Below, in pieces: positions 31,810 to 44,432 of a stretch of DNA of 64,000 nt. The notes under the pieces are model-generated. The model saw nothing but the letters and a program-made list of their open reading frames with translations. It was not told the origin of the DNA and did no database searches. Every line of letters begins with the position of its first letter. Positions within the stretch are counted from its first letter, which is position 1. The position numbers were made by a program, and so were the translations under genes. The stretch is from an uncultured Candidatus Binatia bacterium (GTDB lineage: Bacteria; Desulfobacterota; Binatia; UBA9968; JAJDTQ01), in contig OZ243916.1 in the NCBI GenBank assembly GCA_965213675.1, forward strand, positions 2,208,001 to 2,272,000, given 5' to 3'.

Positions 31810-31995
31810 CCCCTGGATTTGGGATCCTCGCGGCCGTGTGCCGCTGGGAACCCTCGGTGTGGATCACTGATAACCGCGGTGCCCCTCCCGGGTCAAACAC
31901 GCAGTCCCGAAGGGAAGTCGCGAGCCGCAGGACACGGCGCGCCCGACCCACGGGACGCACCGCCCATCACGGGACGTACCGCGCAAAGGAAGTCG

Positions 31996-33546
<1,551 letters not shown>

Positions 33547-33569
33547 CGACAAGGCGGAAGCGTCCGACG

Positions 33570-35108
33570 ATGTTCAAACGAATTCTGGTGGCCAACCGCG
33601 GCGAGATCGCCGTCCGCATCATCCGCGCGTGCCGCGAACTGGATATCGAGAGCGTGGCGGTCTACTCCGAGGCGGACCGCGACGCGCTCCACGTCAAATA
33701 CGCCGACTACTCCTATCCCGTGGGTCCGGCTCCGTCGGCGGAGAGCTACCTGCGCATCGACCGCATCATCGACGTGGCCAGGAAGAGCCGCGCCGAGGCC
33801 ATCCATCCGGGTTACGGCTTCCTCGCCGAGAACCCCGCGTTCGCGCGCGCCTGCGGCGAAGCCGGCATCGTTTTTCTGGGGCCGGCCCCGGACGTGATCA
33901 AGCAGATGGGCGACAAGGTCCACGCCCGCGCCCTCATGAAGAAGGCCGGCCTGCCGGTGATCCCCGGCTCGGACGACATCCTGAGTTCCGAGGAAGAAGT
34001 GCTGGAGACCACCGAGGCCATCGGCTACCCGTGCGTGCTCAAGGCCGTGGCCGGCGGCGGCGGCAAGGGCCTGCGGCTGGTGGAGTCGGGCGACGAGGTG
34101 CGCTCCGCCTTCCGCGCGGTGCGCTCCGAGGCCGCGTCGTCCTTTGGCGACTCCCGGCTCTACGTCGAGAAGTACCTGGAGCGCTGCCGCCACATCGAGG
34201 TCCAGCTCCTGGCCGACATCTACGGCAAGGTGCTGCACCTCTTCACGCGGGAATGCTCCATCCAGCGGCGCCACCAGAAGATCATCGAAGAGTGCCCCGC
34301 GCCCACCATCGACCTGCGCATGCAGAAGGCCATGGGCAAGACCGCGGCCCAGGGCGCCAAGGCGCTCAAGTACACCGGGGTGGGCACCATGGAGTTCCTG
34401 GTGGACCGCCAGAAGAACTTCTACTTCCTGGAGATGAATACCCGCCTCCAGGTCGAGCACGCCATCACCGAGCGGGTCATGGGCATCGACCTGGTGAAGG
34501 CGCAGATCAACGTAGCCGCGGGCATGCCGCTCCTCTGGTCCCAGCGTCAGATCCAGGGGGCGGGCCACGCCATCGAGTGCCGCATCTACGCCGAGGATCC
34601 CGAGACCGACTTCATGCCCTGTCCGGGCAAGATCGAGGGGCTGCGCCTGCCCGAGGGCTTCGGCATACGCAACGACTGCGGGGTGTACGAAGGTGCCGAG
34701 ATTCCCATCCACTACGACCCCATGATCGCCAAGCTCATCGTCTGGGGCGAGGACCGCGCCGAAGCCATCCGGCGCCTCAAGCGCGCCTTGCGCGAGTACC
34801 AGGTGCGGGGCGTCAAGACCAACATCCCTTTCCACCAATGGATGCTGCGCCACCCCCAGTTCATCGAAGCGGACTTCCATACCGGGTTCGTGGACGAGCA
34901 GCGCGGCTTCATGTCGCGGGAGGAAGTCTATCCCAACCGCCACGTGGCACTGGCCTCGGCGGCCATCGTGGCGCTCCACCGGGAGCAGGAACGGGCGCTT
35001 CAGATGGTGGAGAAGGGGGCATCGGAACAGTCGGGCTGGCGCGTGGCGGGACGCCGGGAGGCGTTGCGGCTTCAGCCCGGGACGGCCGCTCCGGGACGGG
35101 GTTGGTAG
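33570..35108 (+). CDS. Biotin carboxylase subunit (AccC/PccA-like)
   Basis: ILVANRGEIA, HPGYGFLAEN, GGGGKG, RECSIQRRHQK, EMNTRLQVEH, YDPMIAK. Confidence 0.93.
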   Translation: MFKRILVANRGEIAVRIIRACRELDIESVAVYSEADRDALHVKYADYSYPVGPAPSAESYLRIDRIIDVARKSRAEAIHPGYGFLAENPAFARACGEAGIVFLGPAPDVIKQMGDKVHARALMKKAGLPVIPGSDDILSSEEEVLETTEAIGYPCVLKAVAGGGGKGLRLVESGDEVRSAFRAVRSEAASSFGDSRLYVEKYLERCRHIEVQLLADIYGKVLHLFTRECSIQRRHQKIIEECPAPTIDLRMQKAMGKTAAQGAKALKYTGVGTMEFLVDRQKNFYFLEMNTRLQVEHAITERVMGIDLVKAQINVAAGMPLLWSQRQIQGAGHAIECRIYAEDPETDFMPCPGKIEGLRLPEGFGIRNDCGVYEGAEIPIHYDPMIAKLIVWGEDRAEAIRRLKRALREYQVRGVKTNIPFHQWMLRHPQFIEADFHTGFVDEQRGFMSREEVYPNRHVALASAAIVALHREQERALQMVEKGASEQSGWRVAGRREALRLQPGTAAPGRGW

Positions 35109-35112
35109 ACCC

Positions 35113-35622
35113 ATGGCATTCATCGCAAAGCTCGGCGGCCAGACCTCGGCGGTACGCATCACCGAGACCGGGAAGTCGCTCTACAAGGTGGTGGTGGACG
35201 GGCATGAGTTCACGGTGGACGGAAGGCGCACCGGCCGCAACAACTACTCGCTGCTCATCGACAACCGTTCGTTCGAGGTGGACGTGGACGTGGACACCGC
35301 CGAGGACGCATACCGCGTGCTCCTGGACGGCCGCACCTACCATATCCGCATGTCCGACGAGCGCCAGGTACGCGTCGGCGGGCGCCAGTCCGGCGTGGAG
35401 GTGTCCGGCCGGCAGGAGATCCGCATCCCCATGCCGGGCAAGGTGGTGACCGTACTCGTGAACGAGGGCGACACCGTCGCCAAGGGACAGGGCCTGGTCA
35501 TCGTCGAAGCCATGAAGATGGAGAACGAGGTGCGCGCACCGGGTCCGGGCAAGGTCGCGGATCTCCGCGTCAAGGCCGGCGAGTCGGTGGAATCCGGGCA
35601 GGTGCTGGTGATCGTGGAGTGA
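35113..35622 (+). CDS. Biotin carboxyl carrier protein
   Basis: PMPGKV...EAMKMEN biotinylation motif. Confidence 0.93.
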   Translation: MAFIAKLGGQTSAVRITETGKSLYKVVVDGHEFTVDGRRTGRNNYSLLIDNRSFEVDVDVDTAEDAYRVLLDGRTYHIRMSDERQVRVGGRQSGVEVSGRQEIRIPMPGKVVTVLVNEGDTVAKGQGLVIVEAMKMENEVRAPGPGKVADLRVKAGESVESGQVLVIVE

Positions 35623-35630
35623 ACCCGGTA

Positions 35631-35750
35631 CCCCCCGAATCGTCATTCCCGCGGAAGCGGGAATCCAGGCGGGGCGAGGTGGGGAATACGCCCGTTTGGC
35701 CCCTCTCCACCCCTGGATTCCCGCTTCCGCGGGAATGACGATTCGGGGGG
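35631..35750. repeat. Inverted REP pair (BIME/REPIN-like)
   Basis: Perfect 39-bp inverted repeat CCCCCCGAATCGTCATTCCCGCGGAAGCGGGAATCCAGG at 35631-35669 and 35712-35750, between convergent genes. Confidence 0.85.
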
Positions 35751-35768
35751 GTCGCTTAGCCCCCTGGT

Positions 35769-36557
35769 TCATTCGTCCTTCCGCCTCATGAAATAGACCA
35801 GCACGATGGTGAGCCCGTAGAGCACCGTCAGCGGCAGCGCCAGCAGGATCTGCGAGACCACGTCGGGCGGCGTGAGCATGGCGCCAAGCACGACGATGCC
35901 CAACAGTGCGTAGGGAAAATGCCGCATCATCATGCGGTGGTCGATGAGCCCCACCCGCGCCAGGAACACCCCCACCACCGGCAGCTCGAATACCACGCCG
36001 AACGCCAGCATGAGCTTGGCCGAGAAACCCAGGTACTCGCTCACGCGAATGGCCGGGCGGATGTTCAGTTGCTGGTACTGCTCCAGGAAGAAGCGGTAGC
36101 CCACGTCGAAGATCACGACGTAGCAGAAGCCCGCGCCAAGCAGGAAAAACAGGGTGCCGCAGGCCACGAACGCCTTGGCGTAGCGCCTCTCCTTGTTGTA
36201 GAGCCCCGGCGCCACGAACTGCCAAGCGTGCCACAGCAGCACCGGCAGCGCCGCGAAGATCGCGGCCACGAAAGCCACCTTGAGCTTGGCGAAAAAGGCC
36301 TCGGCGACACCCGTGCCGATGACGGTGAGTCCCGCGGCCTCGAGGCGCAGCAGCGGCGCGGTCATGAAGGCGATGAGCCAGCCCGCCGCCCCGTAGCAGG
36401 CCAGGAAGGCGACGAAGACGGTCACGGCGGACTTGATGAGGCGGGAGCGCAGTTCTTCCAGGTGCGCGGCAAGGGGCATGCTGGCGTCTTCCGACAGCCG
36501 CTCTCCCTCTCCCGCGCCGGCGTTCTCCTCCGCGCTCGCTCCGTTGTCCGCGTTCAC
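35769..36557 (-). CDS. tatC: Twin-arginine translocase TatC
   Basis: [32 protein letters not shown]; multiple TM helices. Confidence 0.95.
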   Translation of the reverse strand: MNADNGASAEENAGAGEGERLSEDASMPLAAHLEELRSRLIKSAVTVFVAFLACYGAAGWLIAFMTAPLLRLEAAGLTVIGTGVAEAFFAKLKVAFVAAIFAALPVLLWHAWQFVAPGLYNKERRYAKAFVACGTLFFLLGAGFCYVVIFDVGYRFFLEQYQQLNIRPAIRVSEYLGFSAKLMLAFGVVFELPVVGVFLARVGLIDHRMMMRHFPYALLGIVVLGAMLTPPDVVSQILLALPLTVLYGLTIVLVYFMRRKDE

Positions 36558-36826
36558 TCTTTCGTGGGGGGATCGCCCGCTGGAGAAATGGTATTGGCGG
36601 GGGCGCCTTCTCCGGACGGCTCGGCAGGGGTGTTCTCGCTCGCGGGGGGTTTCTCGATCTCATCCGCCGCGGATTGCAATTCGCGCTTCATGTCGTCGGT
36701 GGTACGGCGAAACTCCGCCAGCCCGCGACCGAGGGCGCGCGCCATCTCGGGCAGCTTCTTGGGCCCCAGGACGATCAAGGCCACCGCCATGATCAAGAGC
36801 AGTTCCGGCATTCCAATACCAAACAT
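36554..36826 (-). CDS. tatB: Twin-arginine translocase TatA/TatB family subunit
   Basis: [10 protein letters not shown]...[14 protein letters not shown]; upstream of tatC. Confidence 0.8.
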   Translation of the reverse strand: MFGIGMPELLLIMAVALIVLGPKKLPEMARALGRGLAEFRRTTDDMKRELQSAADEIEKPPASENTPAEPSGEGAPANTISPAGDPPTKE

Positions 36827-36949
36827 GTCCACACCCAGAACGTAGGCTAAGGCATTTGCCGGGGGGAGTCAAAGAGCGGCCGGGACCACGCGGCGGCGCC
36901 GTTCGCGCTTTGACTCGCTCTGATCCGTAATGGTATGTTGGCCGTCAAT

Positions 36950-37987
36950 ATGCCCCGATCCGCCATCCGATCCGCCATCGTTACCGACCCGGTTTTTCTC
37001 AAGCACGAGCCGGGTCCGCACCACCCTGAAAACCCGCAAAGGATCAAGACGCTTCTCGACCTCGCCGGCGAGGTCGCGGCCAGTGACGACCGCTTCGAGC
37101 TGCTGCCCCTGCGCGCAGCGGTACAGGAGGAGCTGGAGCTGGGCCACGGTTCGGAATACATCGACCTCGTGCGCTCGACTTCGGAGCACAACCGCTTCGC
37201 CCTGGACGGCGACACCCTCACGTGCCGGGACTCCTTCGGCGTGGCGCTGATGGCGGTGGGCGGGTTCCTGCAACTGCTGGACGCGGTGGCGGGATCGGAC
37301 TACGGCAACGGATTCACCATGGCGCGGCCGCCGGGGCATCACGCGCTACGGAACCGCGGCATGGGGTTCTGCCTGTTCAACACGGTGGCCATCGGCGCCC
37401 GCTACCTCCAGGAAAAACACGGCGCGCGGCGGGTCGCCATCATGGATTGGGACGTGCATCACGGCAACGGCTCCCAGGACGCGTTCTACGACGATCCCTC
37501 CGTGCTGTTCCTGTCCACGCATCAATATCCCTACTATCCGGGGACCGGCGCCGCGGACGAGGTGGGCAGCGGCTTGGGCGAGGGCTACACGGTGAACGTG
37601 CCGCTGCCGGCGGGCTGCGGCGACGCCGAGTACCTGGCGGTATTCAGGGACATCATCATCCCCGCGGTCCGGCGCTACGAACCCGACTGGCTGCTCGTGT
37701 CGGCCGGTTTCGACTCGCACCGCGACGATCCCCTAGGGGCCATGGGCGTCACCGAGCGCGGCTTCGGCGTCATGGCCAACGCGCTGCTGGAGCTGGCGCG
37801 GGAACACACCGGCGGCAAGATCGCGTTTCTCCTGGAGGGCGGCTACGATCTCGCCGCGCTGCGCAACTCCGTGGCTACGGTGCTGGAGTGCATGCAGTCC
37901 GAGGAAGCCGTCTCCTGGGACGACCGCGGGGAGCGCATCGCGGGCCGTATCCGGGAGGTGCTTCAAATACGCGAGCGGTATTGGTAG
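36950..37987 (+). CDS. Histone-deacetylase-family amidohydrolase
   Basis: HPENPQR, RPPGHHA, GFCLFN, DWDVHHGNG, SAGFD, LEGGY. Confidence 0.93.
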   Translation: MPRSAIRSAIVTDPVFLKHEPGPHHPENPQRIKTLLDLAGEVAASDDRFELLPLRAAVQEELELGHGSEYIDLVRSTSEHNRFALDGDTLTCRDSFGVALMAVGGFLQLLDAVAGSDYGNGFTMARPPGHHALRNRGMGFCLFNTVAIGARYLQEKHGARRVAIMDWDVHHGNGSQDAFYDDPSVLFLSTHQYPYYPGTGAADEVGSGLGEGYTVNVPLPAGCGDAEYLAVFRDIIIPAVRRYEPDWLLVSAGFDSHRDDPLGAMGVTERGFGVMANALLELAREHTGGKIAFLLEGGYDLAALRNSVATVLECMQSEEAVSWDDRGERIAGRIREVLQIRERYW

Positions 37988-38121
37988 AGCAAGCCGGAGC
38001 CGCCGGCGGGAGCGCCGCCGGGAATCCGGGGATTCCAATTTTTTGACAAGAAGGACCTCTTCCGTGTGACCGCTTGGGGTCGGCTCGACCGCAACAGTCT
38101 ACGGCACACCGGGAACACACC

Positions 38122-39371
38122 ATGGGAAATCCCAACGGACGTCGAGTCGTGATCACCGGCATGGGGATGGCCACGCCCCTGGGCATCGGCGTGGAACCCA
38201 ACTGGGACGCGATCCAGGCCGGGCGCTCCGGCATCGGCCCCATCACCCGCATCGAGGACATCGAGTCCTTCGGCAGCCGCATCGGCGGCGAGGTGGACGA
38301 TTTCAATCCGCTGGACTTCATCGAAGCCCGTGAAGTCAAGAAGATGGACCTGTTCATGCAGTACGCCATGGCCGCGGCGCAAATGGCGGTGGAGGACAGC
38401 GGGTTCGCGGTCAGCGAGGACGAGGCGTTCCGGGCCGGCTCCATCGTGGGCGTGGGCTTCTGCGGCATCGCCACCATCGAACACTATCATGGCGTGTACC
38501 TGAAACAGGGCCCGCGCAAGATCTCCCCCTTCTTTATCCCCAAGGTCATCTCCAACCTGGCGCCCGGCCATATCGCCATCCGCTACGGGCTCAAGGGCGT
38601 CAACTGGACCCCCACCTCGGCATGCGCGTCGGGCAACAACGCCGTGGGGGAGGCCTATCACCTGATCCGCGACGGCCGGCAGGACGCCATCATCGCCGGC
38701 GGGACGGAAGCGGCCACGACTCCTCTGGGGCTGGGCGGGTTCGCCGCCATGAAGGCCCTGTCCACGCGCAACGACGAGCCGGAGAGGGCCAGCCGGCCCT
38801 TCGACAAGGACCGGGACGGGTTCGTCATGTCGGAGGGCGCGGGCATGCTGGTTCTGGAGGAGCGCGAACGCGCGCTGCGGCGCGGCGCGCGCATCTACGC
38901 CGAGATGATCGGTTACGGCACCAACGGCGACGCCTACCACATCACATCCCCCGCTCCCGCGGGCGAAGGCGCGGCCCGCTGCATGGCGCTGACCCTGGAG
39001 GACGCCGGCGTCGAAGCGACCGGCGTGGACTACATCAACGCCCACGGCACGTCGACCCCGTACAACGACGCCAACGAGACCGCCGCCATCAAGACGGTGT
39101 TCGGCGATCACGCCGGCAGGCTGGCGGTGAGTTCCACCAAATCCATGACCGGACACCTGCTCGGCGCCGCCGGCGCGGTGGAGGCGATCTACAGCACGCT
39201 CGCGCTGCACCACGGCGTGCTGCCGCCCACCATCAACTACGAGACACCCGACCCCGACTGCGATCTCGATTACGTACCCAACGGGCCGCGGCAGGCGGAC
39301 ATTCGGATCGCCCTTTCCAATTCCTTCGGATTCGGCGGCACCAACGCGTGCATCCTGCTCAGGAAGGCGAC

Positions 39372-39375
<4 letters not shown>
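38122..39375 (+). CDS. fabF: Beta-ketoacyl-ACP synthase II
   Basis: RRVVITG, SACASG, NAHGTST, KSMTGH, SNSFGFGGTN. Confidence 0.95.
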
Positions 39376-40367
<992 letters not shown>

Positions 40368-40400
40368 TGCCCGGGACGCGGGCTGGCAGACCTCCCTCAC

Positions 40401-41267
40401 GTGATACCGGCTGAAGGCTTCGCCCTCGCCTGCGGGTTCTTCACCGCCGTCAATCTGATCTTCCTCAAGAAGGGATTGGCCCACGGCAATCCCATCAGCG
40501 CCACCGTTCTCTCGCTTGCCATCAACGTGTTGAGCTTCTGGAGCTTCGTCCTGGCCGTGCTGCCGTGGGACGAGATCCTCCGCCCCGAACTTCTCATCTT
40601 CGTGCTGGTGGGCCTGATCCAGCCCGGCGGCACGCGGTTTCTCGCCTATCTGAGCGTGGAGAAGGTGGGTGTGGCCGTCACCGCGCCGATCCGCGCCACC
40701 ACCCCGCTATTCTCGTCGCTCCTGGCCATCGCCGTGCTGGGCGAGGAGCTCACGCCGGCCGTGGGCGCGGGAACCGCTCTCGTGGTGGGCGGCATCATCC
40801 TCCTGAGTCTGAGCCACGAGAAGACTGGCGCATGGATGAACGTCATGGTCGCCCTGCCCCTGTTGAGCGCCTTCGTGGCGGGCTCCACCCAGGTTATACG
40901 CAAGATCGGCCTGGCCGGCATCAGCCTCCCCATCCTCGGCGCCGCCACCACCACCGGCACCTCGCTGGTGGCCATCGCCGTGTCGCTGACCGTTTCGCGC
41001 AACTGGCCCATGGTGCGCTTCGACCGCCGCGCCCTGGGCTATTTCGTTCTGGCCGGCTGTTCCGTGACCTTGGGCGTGGCCAGCGTGTTCATGTCCCTGC
41101 ACCTTTCCGACGTCGTCATCGTCGCCCCGCTGGCGAGTCTGAGCCCGCTCTACAGCCTGGTGCTATCGGCGGTGTTTCTGCGCGACGTGGAGGTCATTAC
41201 GGCGCGGAAGGTGATGGCGGCGGGACTGATCGTGCTGGGGGTGGTGCTGATTACGGCGATTCGGTGA
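40401..41267 (+). CDS. DMT/EamA family transporter
   Basis: About 10 hydrophobic segments in two repeated halves (LGEELT; FLRD.E.IT). Confidence 0.85.
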   Translation: MIPAEGFALACGFFTAVNLIFLKKGLAHGNPISATVLSLAINVLSFWSFVLAVLPWDEILRPELLIFVLVGLIQPGGTRFLAYLSVEKVGVAVTAPIRATTPLFSSLLAIAVLGEELTPAVGAGTALVVGGIILLSLSHEKTGAWMNVMVALPLLSAFVAGSTQVIRKIGLAGISLPILGAATTTGTSLVAIAVSLTVSRNWPMVRFDRRALGYFVLAGCSVTLGVASVFMSLHLSDVVIVAPLASLSPLYSLVLSAVFLRDVEVITARKVMAAGLIVLGVVLITAIR

Positions 41268-41431
41268 AGCGCGGCACCAACTCACATACCCCACACGTCG
41301 ATCTCGAAACCGCCGGTGGGCTCGCGGGGCGCGATGACGGGACGATACTTCAGGTTCATGGGTCATCGGAAGGGCCCGGGGTTGAAAGTCACCGCGGGCC
41401 GGGCCACATTCCCCTTCCAAAGGAGGCAGAC

Positions 41432-42064
41432 ATGAGACAGGTACTCAGTGAGCACGTCCCGGCCAACACGGGCTGGTCCGGCGACCTCAGGCAGGGGCAG
41501 ATCATCCGCATCATCGCCATGTCCACCGTGGATTTCCTGGTGCTGGACCAGCACAACCTGCGGGAGCGTTTCGACCAGGCGCGGACGAAGGTCTACAACG
41601 GGAAGATCTTTCTCAGCACCGGCGACAAGCTCATGTCGCGGGACAACCAGCACTTCATGACCATCGTGGCGGATACCTTCGCGGAGGGGACCCACGACCT
41701 GCAGAAGGGCATGTGCAGCGGACGCCGTTTCCAGTTGGCGAAACAGGAAGGGCGGCTGCGGGAATACTACCACCGGGACTACCGCGACGACGAGATCCCC
41801 GATCACGGCTGCTGGGAAAACCTCTCCGGGGCGCTGGCGCCCTACGACATCGCGCCGGAGGACGTGCCGAACCCGTTCAACCTCTTCCAGCACATGATCA
41901 TCGACGGCAAGACCGGAATCATGCAGCACACCACGGTCCGGCCGGCGGCGCCGACCCACGTGGACATGCGCGCGGAGCGCGACCTGCTGGCGGCGTTCAG
42001 TGCGTGCCCGGACATGCCGGTGGGCGGGAAACCGGTGGACGTGGAAATCTACGAGGAGGATTGA
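41432..42064 (+). CDS. DUF1989 (urea carboxylase-associated family) protein, copy 1
   Basis: ERFDQARTK, HDLQKGMC, HGCWENL, PFNLFQ, SACP; SD AAGGAGG. Confidence 0.82.
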   Translation: MRQVLSEHVPANTGWSGDLRQGQIIRIIAMSTVDFLVLDQHNLRERFDQARTKVYNGKIFLSTGDKLMSRDNQHFMTIVADTFAEGTHDLQKGMCSGRRFQLAKQEGRLREYYHRDYRDDEIPDHGCWENLSGALAPYDIAPEDVPNPFNLFQHMIIDGKTGIMQHTTVRPAAPTHVDMRAERDLLAAFSACPDMPVGGKPVDVEIYEED

Positions 42065-42081
42065 CGCCGGCCTCGCCCCGC

Positions 42082-42109
42082 CCGGATTCCCGCTTGCGCG
42101 GGCATGACG
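42082..42109. repeat. REP-like palindrome
   Basis: CCGGATTCCCGCTTGCGCGGGCATGACG, same family as 3101 and 35641. Confidence 0.7.
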
Positions 42110-42156
42110 GAAAAGGGGGCGGGGAGAGCGGGAATCAGGTCAGCGGACGACGGCGG

Positions 42157-42825
42157 CTACTCGAAACCCATGCGCCGGCCCCAGTTGGACGGGTCCTTGA
42201 GGAAATCGACGATCTGGTTGCGGTTTTCCTCGGAGAAAAACCCGGTGTCTTCGCCGGCGTTCAGAACATCGTCCCAATTGGACAGGGTGTGGAGGTCGAT
42301 GTCGTGGTCGGCGAGGTTCTTCTTGCCCTCGTGCAGGTCGAGGGCGTCGGAGCTGTACTCGAAGACGCACAGGCAATGAGTGATGCGCGCCTTCTGGGCG
42401 CGCACGCCGATGTTGAAACGGAGCTTGCTGAAGCCATCGGTGACGAGGTCTTCCACCAGCGTCACCCGCTGGCCCTCGTTCAGGACCCCCTCGATCTGGT
42501 TGGTGTGGCCGTAGCCCTTGGGGTTCTTGCGGATGTAGATCATGGGCTTGCGCAGGTAGTGGGAAACGAACGCGGCATAGGGGATGCCCGCGGTCTCGCC
42601 TCCGGCCACCACGTCCATGTTGCCGAGGCCGATGTCGCGCCGTGCGATCTGGGCCAACGCCTCGAGGATCTCGTCCCGCGCCTCCGGGAAGGACAGCAGC
42701 CGGCGGCAGTCGATGTACACCGGTGAGACCCGCCCCGACACGAACACGAACGGCCTGTCGCGGTACACCTGGATGGACTGTGTGCTCAGCAGAAGCTCGG
42801 CGATTCTCTTTCCGGTCTCGGACAT
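42157..42825 (-). CDS. pyrE: Orotate phosphoribosyltransferase
   Basis: SGRVSPVYIDCR, AGGETAGIP, IRKNPKGYG, LVEDLVTDG. Confidence 0.88.
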   Translation of the reverse strand: MSETGKRIAELLLSTQSIQVYRDRPFVFVSGRVSPVYIDCRRLLSFPEARDEILEALAQIARRDIGLGNMDVVAGGETAGIPYAAFVSHYLRKPMIYIRKNPKGYGHTNQIEGVLNEGQRVTLVEDLVTDGFSKLRFNIGVRAQKARITHCLCVFEYSSDALDLHEGKKNLADHDIDLHTLSNWDDVLNAGEDTGFFSEENRNQIVDFLKDPSNWGRRMGFE

Positions 42826-43166
42826 GGATGCGTTTCCTCTGGTCTATGCCGTTCGACGAAAAACGATGGATTCCAATGGCTCTCGATGGAACTCGATGAG
42901 ATGACCGCGGTCCCCGCGGCGGGCGAGTTGGTCGGGGTTTGTAACATGGCCCATGGGCCTATTGCCAGCCGTTGTTGCCGCTCATGCTTTCCTGATACCA
43001 TGCCTCCGGTAACGTCGAGCTTGCGCCTTTCGAATGCGCCCTTCGACCTCGCCCGGAGACGCCTCGCCACGCTCCGGACGAACGCCAACGAGCTGTTTCG
43101 TCGCGCTTGCCATGACTCCTGAGACAGGCAGCGCTTGCCCTGCTTTCCTCTCCGGACCCGTATCGG

Positions 43167-44432
43167 ATGGAAGTCCCCAAGATCAACAAGGACAGGCTGT
43201 TGCGCGACCTGAACGCGGTCTCGCGCATCGGCTTGGGCGAGGGCGGATCGGTCACGCGGCTGGTGTTCTCGGTGCACGAGATGCGCGCGCGCCAGTTGCT
43301 GGTCCACCGGATGCGCCAGGCCGGGCTGGGCGTGCGCGTGGATGCGCTGGGGAACGTCTTCGGCCGGCTGGCGGGGCAGCGGGAGGGACCGGCGGTGCTG
43401 GCCGGGTCGCATCTCGATTCCGTGGTACAGGGCGGGAGATACGACGGCCCGGTGGGGGTCATCGGCGCGCTTGAAGCGGTGCGCGCCATCAAGGAGAGTG
43501 GCGTGCCCGTGCCAGCGCCGCTGGAGAGCGTGTGCTTCGTGGGCGAGGAATCCAGCCGATTCGGGTTCTCCACCCTGGGCAGCACCCTGGTGGCGGGGGA
43601 CGTCACCATGGACGACTTCGCCCATGCGGTGGACGCGGGCGGCGCCCGGCTGGAAGACGTGCTTTCGGGCCTGGGCATCCACCGCGAGAACCTCGATTCG
43701 CTGAAGCGCGACCCCAAGACCGTCAAGGCGTACCTCGAACTGCACATCGAGCAGGGTCCCGTCCTGGAGTCCCGGAAGAAGAAGATCGGCGTGGTGACGG
43801 CTATTGCCGCGCCGAGCCGGTTCCGGGTGGTCTTTCGCGGCCAGGCCGACCACAGCGGCACCACGCCCATGGATATGCGCAAGGACGCGCTGGTGGCGGC
43901 GGCGCTTCTGATCACGTTCATCGACGAGGTGTGCCGGGAGCATTCCTCCACCGAGATGGGACGCGTGGTGGGAACCGTGGGCGCCATCAAGGTGGAGCCC
44001 GGCGTCATCAACGCCATCCCGGGGCGGGCGGAGATGCAGGTGGATGTGCGCAGCATCACCGCCGCCTCCAAGCGCAAGGTCGCCGGACGGGTCCGGACGC
44101 GGGCGCGGCGCATCGCCCGGGAGCGCGGCGTGGAGGTGGACCTCGTGACCATCCGGGACGAGAAGCCGGTGGCGTTGCACCGGCGGGTGATCGGGCTCAT
44201 CCGCGCGTTGTGCGAGGAACACCGCGTCCCTTTCGAGGTGATGCCGTCCGGGGCCGGCCACGACGCCATGCAGATGGCCAGGATCACTCCCACGGGCATG
44301 ATCTTCATCCCCAGCGTCAACGGCGTGAGCCACAACCCCACGGAATGGACCGACCCCGAGGACATCTGTCTCGGGACCCAGCTTCTGATGGAAGCGATGC
44401 TGAGAGCCGCCCATGCAGAAATCCGGAACTGA
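43167..44432 (+). CDS. M20 Zn-dependent N-carbamoyl amidohydrolase (allantoate amidohydrolase/beta-ureidopropionase family)
   Basis: GSHLDSV, GRYDG, EESSRF, ELHIEQGP, HSGTTPM, SGAGHDA, GVSHNP. Confidence 0.9.
   Translation: MEVPKINKDRLLRDLNAVSRIGLGEGGSVTRLVFSVHEMRARQLLVHRMRQAGLGVRVDALGNVFGRLAGQREGPAVLAGSHLDSVVQGGRYDGPVGVIGALEAVRAIKESGVPVPAPLESVCFVGEESSRFGFSTLGSTLVAGDVTMDDFAHAVDAGGARLEDVLSGLGIHRENLDSLKRDPKTVKAYLELHIEQGPVLESRKKKIGVVTAIAAPSRFRVVFRGQADHSGTTPMDMRKDALVAAALLITFIDEVCREHSSTEMGRVVGTVGAIKVEPGVINAIPGRAEMQVDVRSITAASKRKVAGRVRTRARRIARERGVEVDLVTIRDEKPVALHRRVIGLIRALCEEHRVPFEVMPSGAGHDAMQMARITPTGMIFIPSVNGVSHNPTEWTDPEDICLGTQLLMEAMLRAAHAEIRN

Noticed and set aside
41268-41431. Guanidine riboswitch upstream of DUF1989 (51967-52233 also checked)
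   Set aside because: No class I, II or III consensus elements recognisable by eye.
42999-43122. 40-aa ORF (MPPVTSSLRL...) upstream of the carbamoylase
   Set aside because: No SD, no motif, and it overlaps a likely promoter; not supportable.
43112-43130. PyrR-binding-like ACTCCTGAGACAGG upstream of the carbamoylase
   Set aside because: Deviates from the ARUCCNGNGAGG consensus and no terminator follows.
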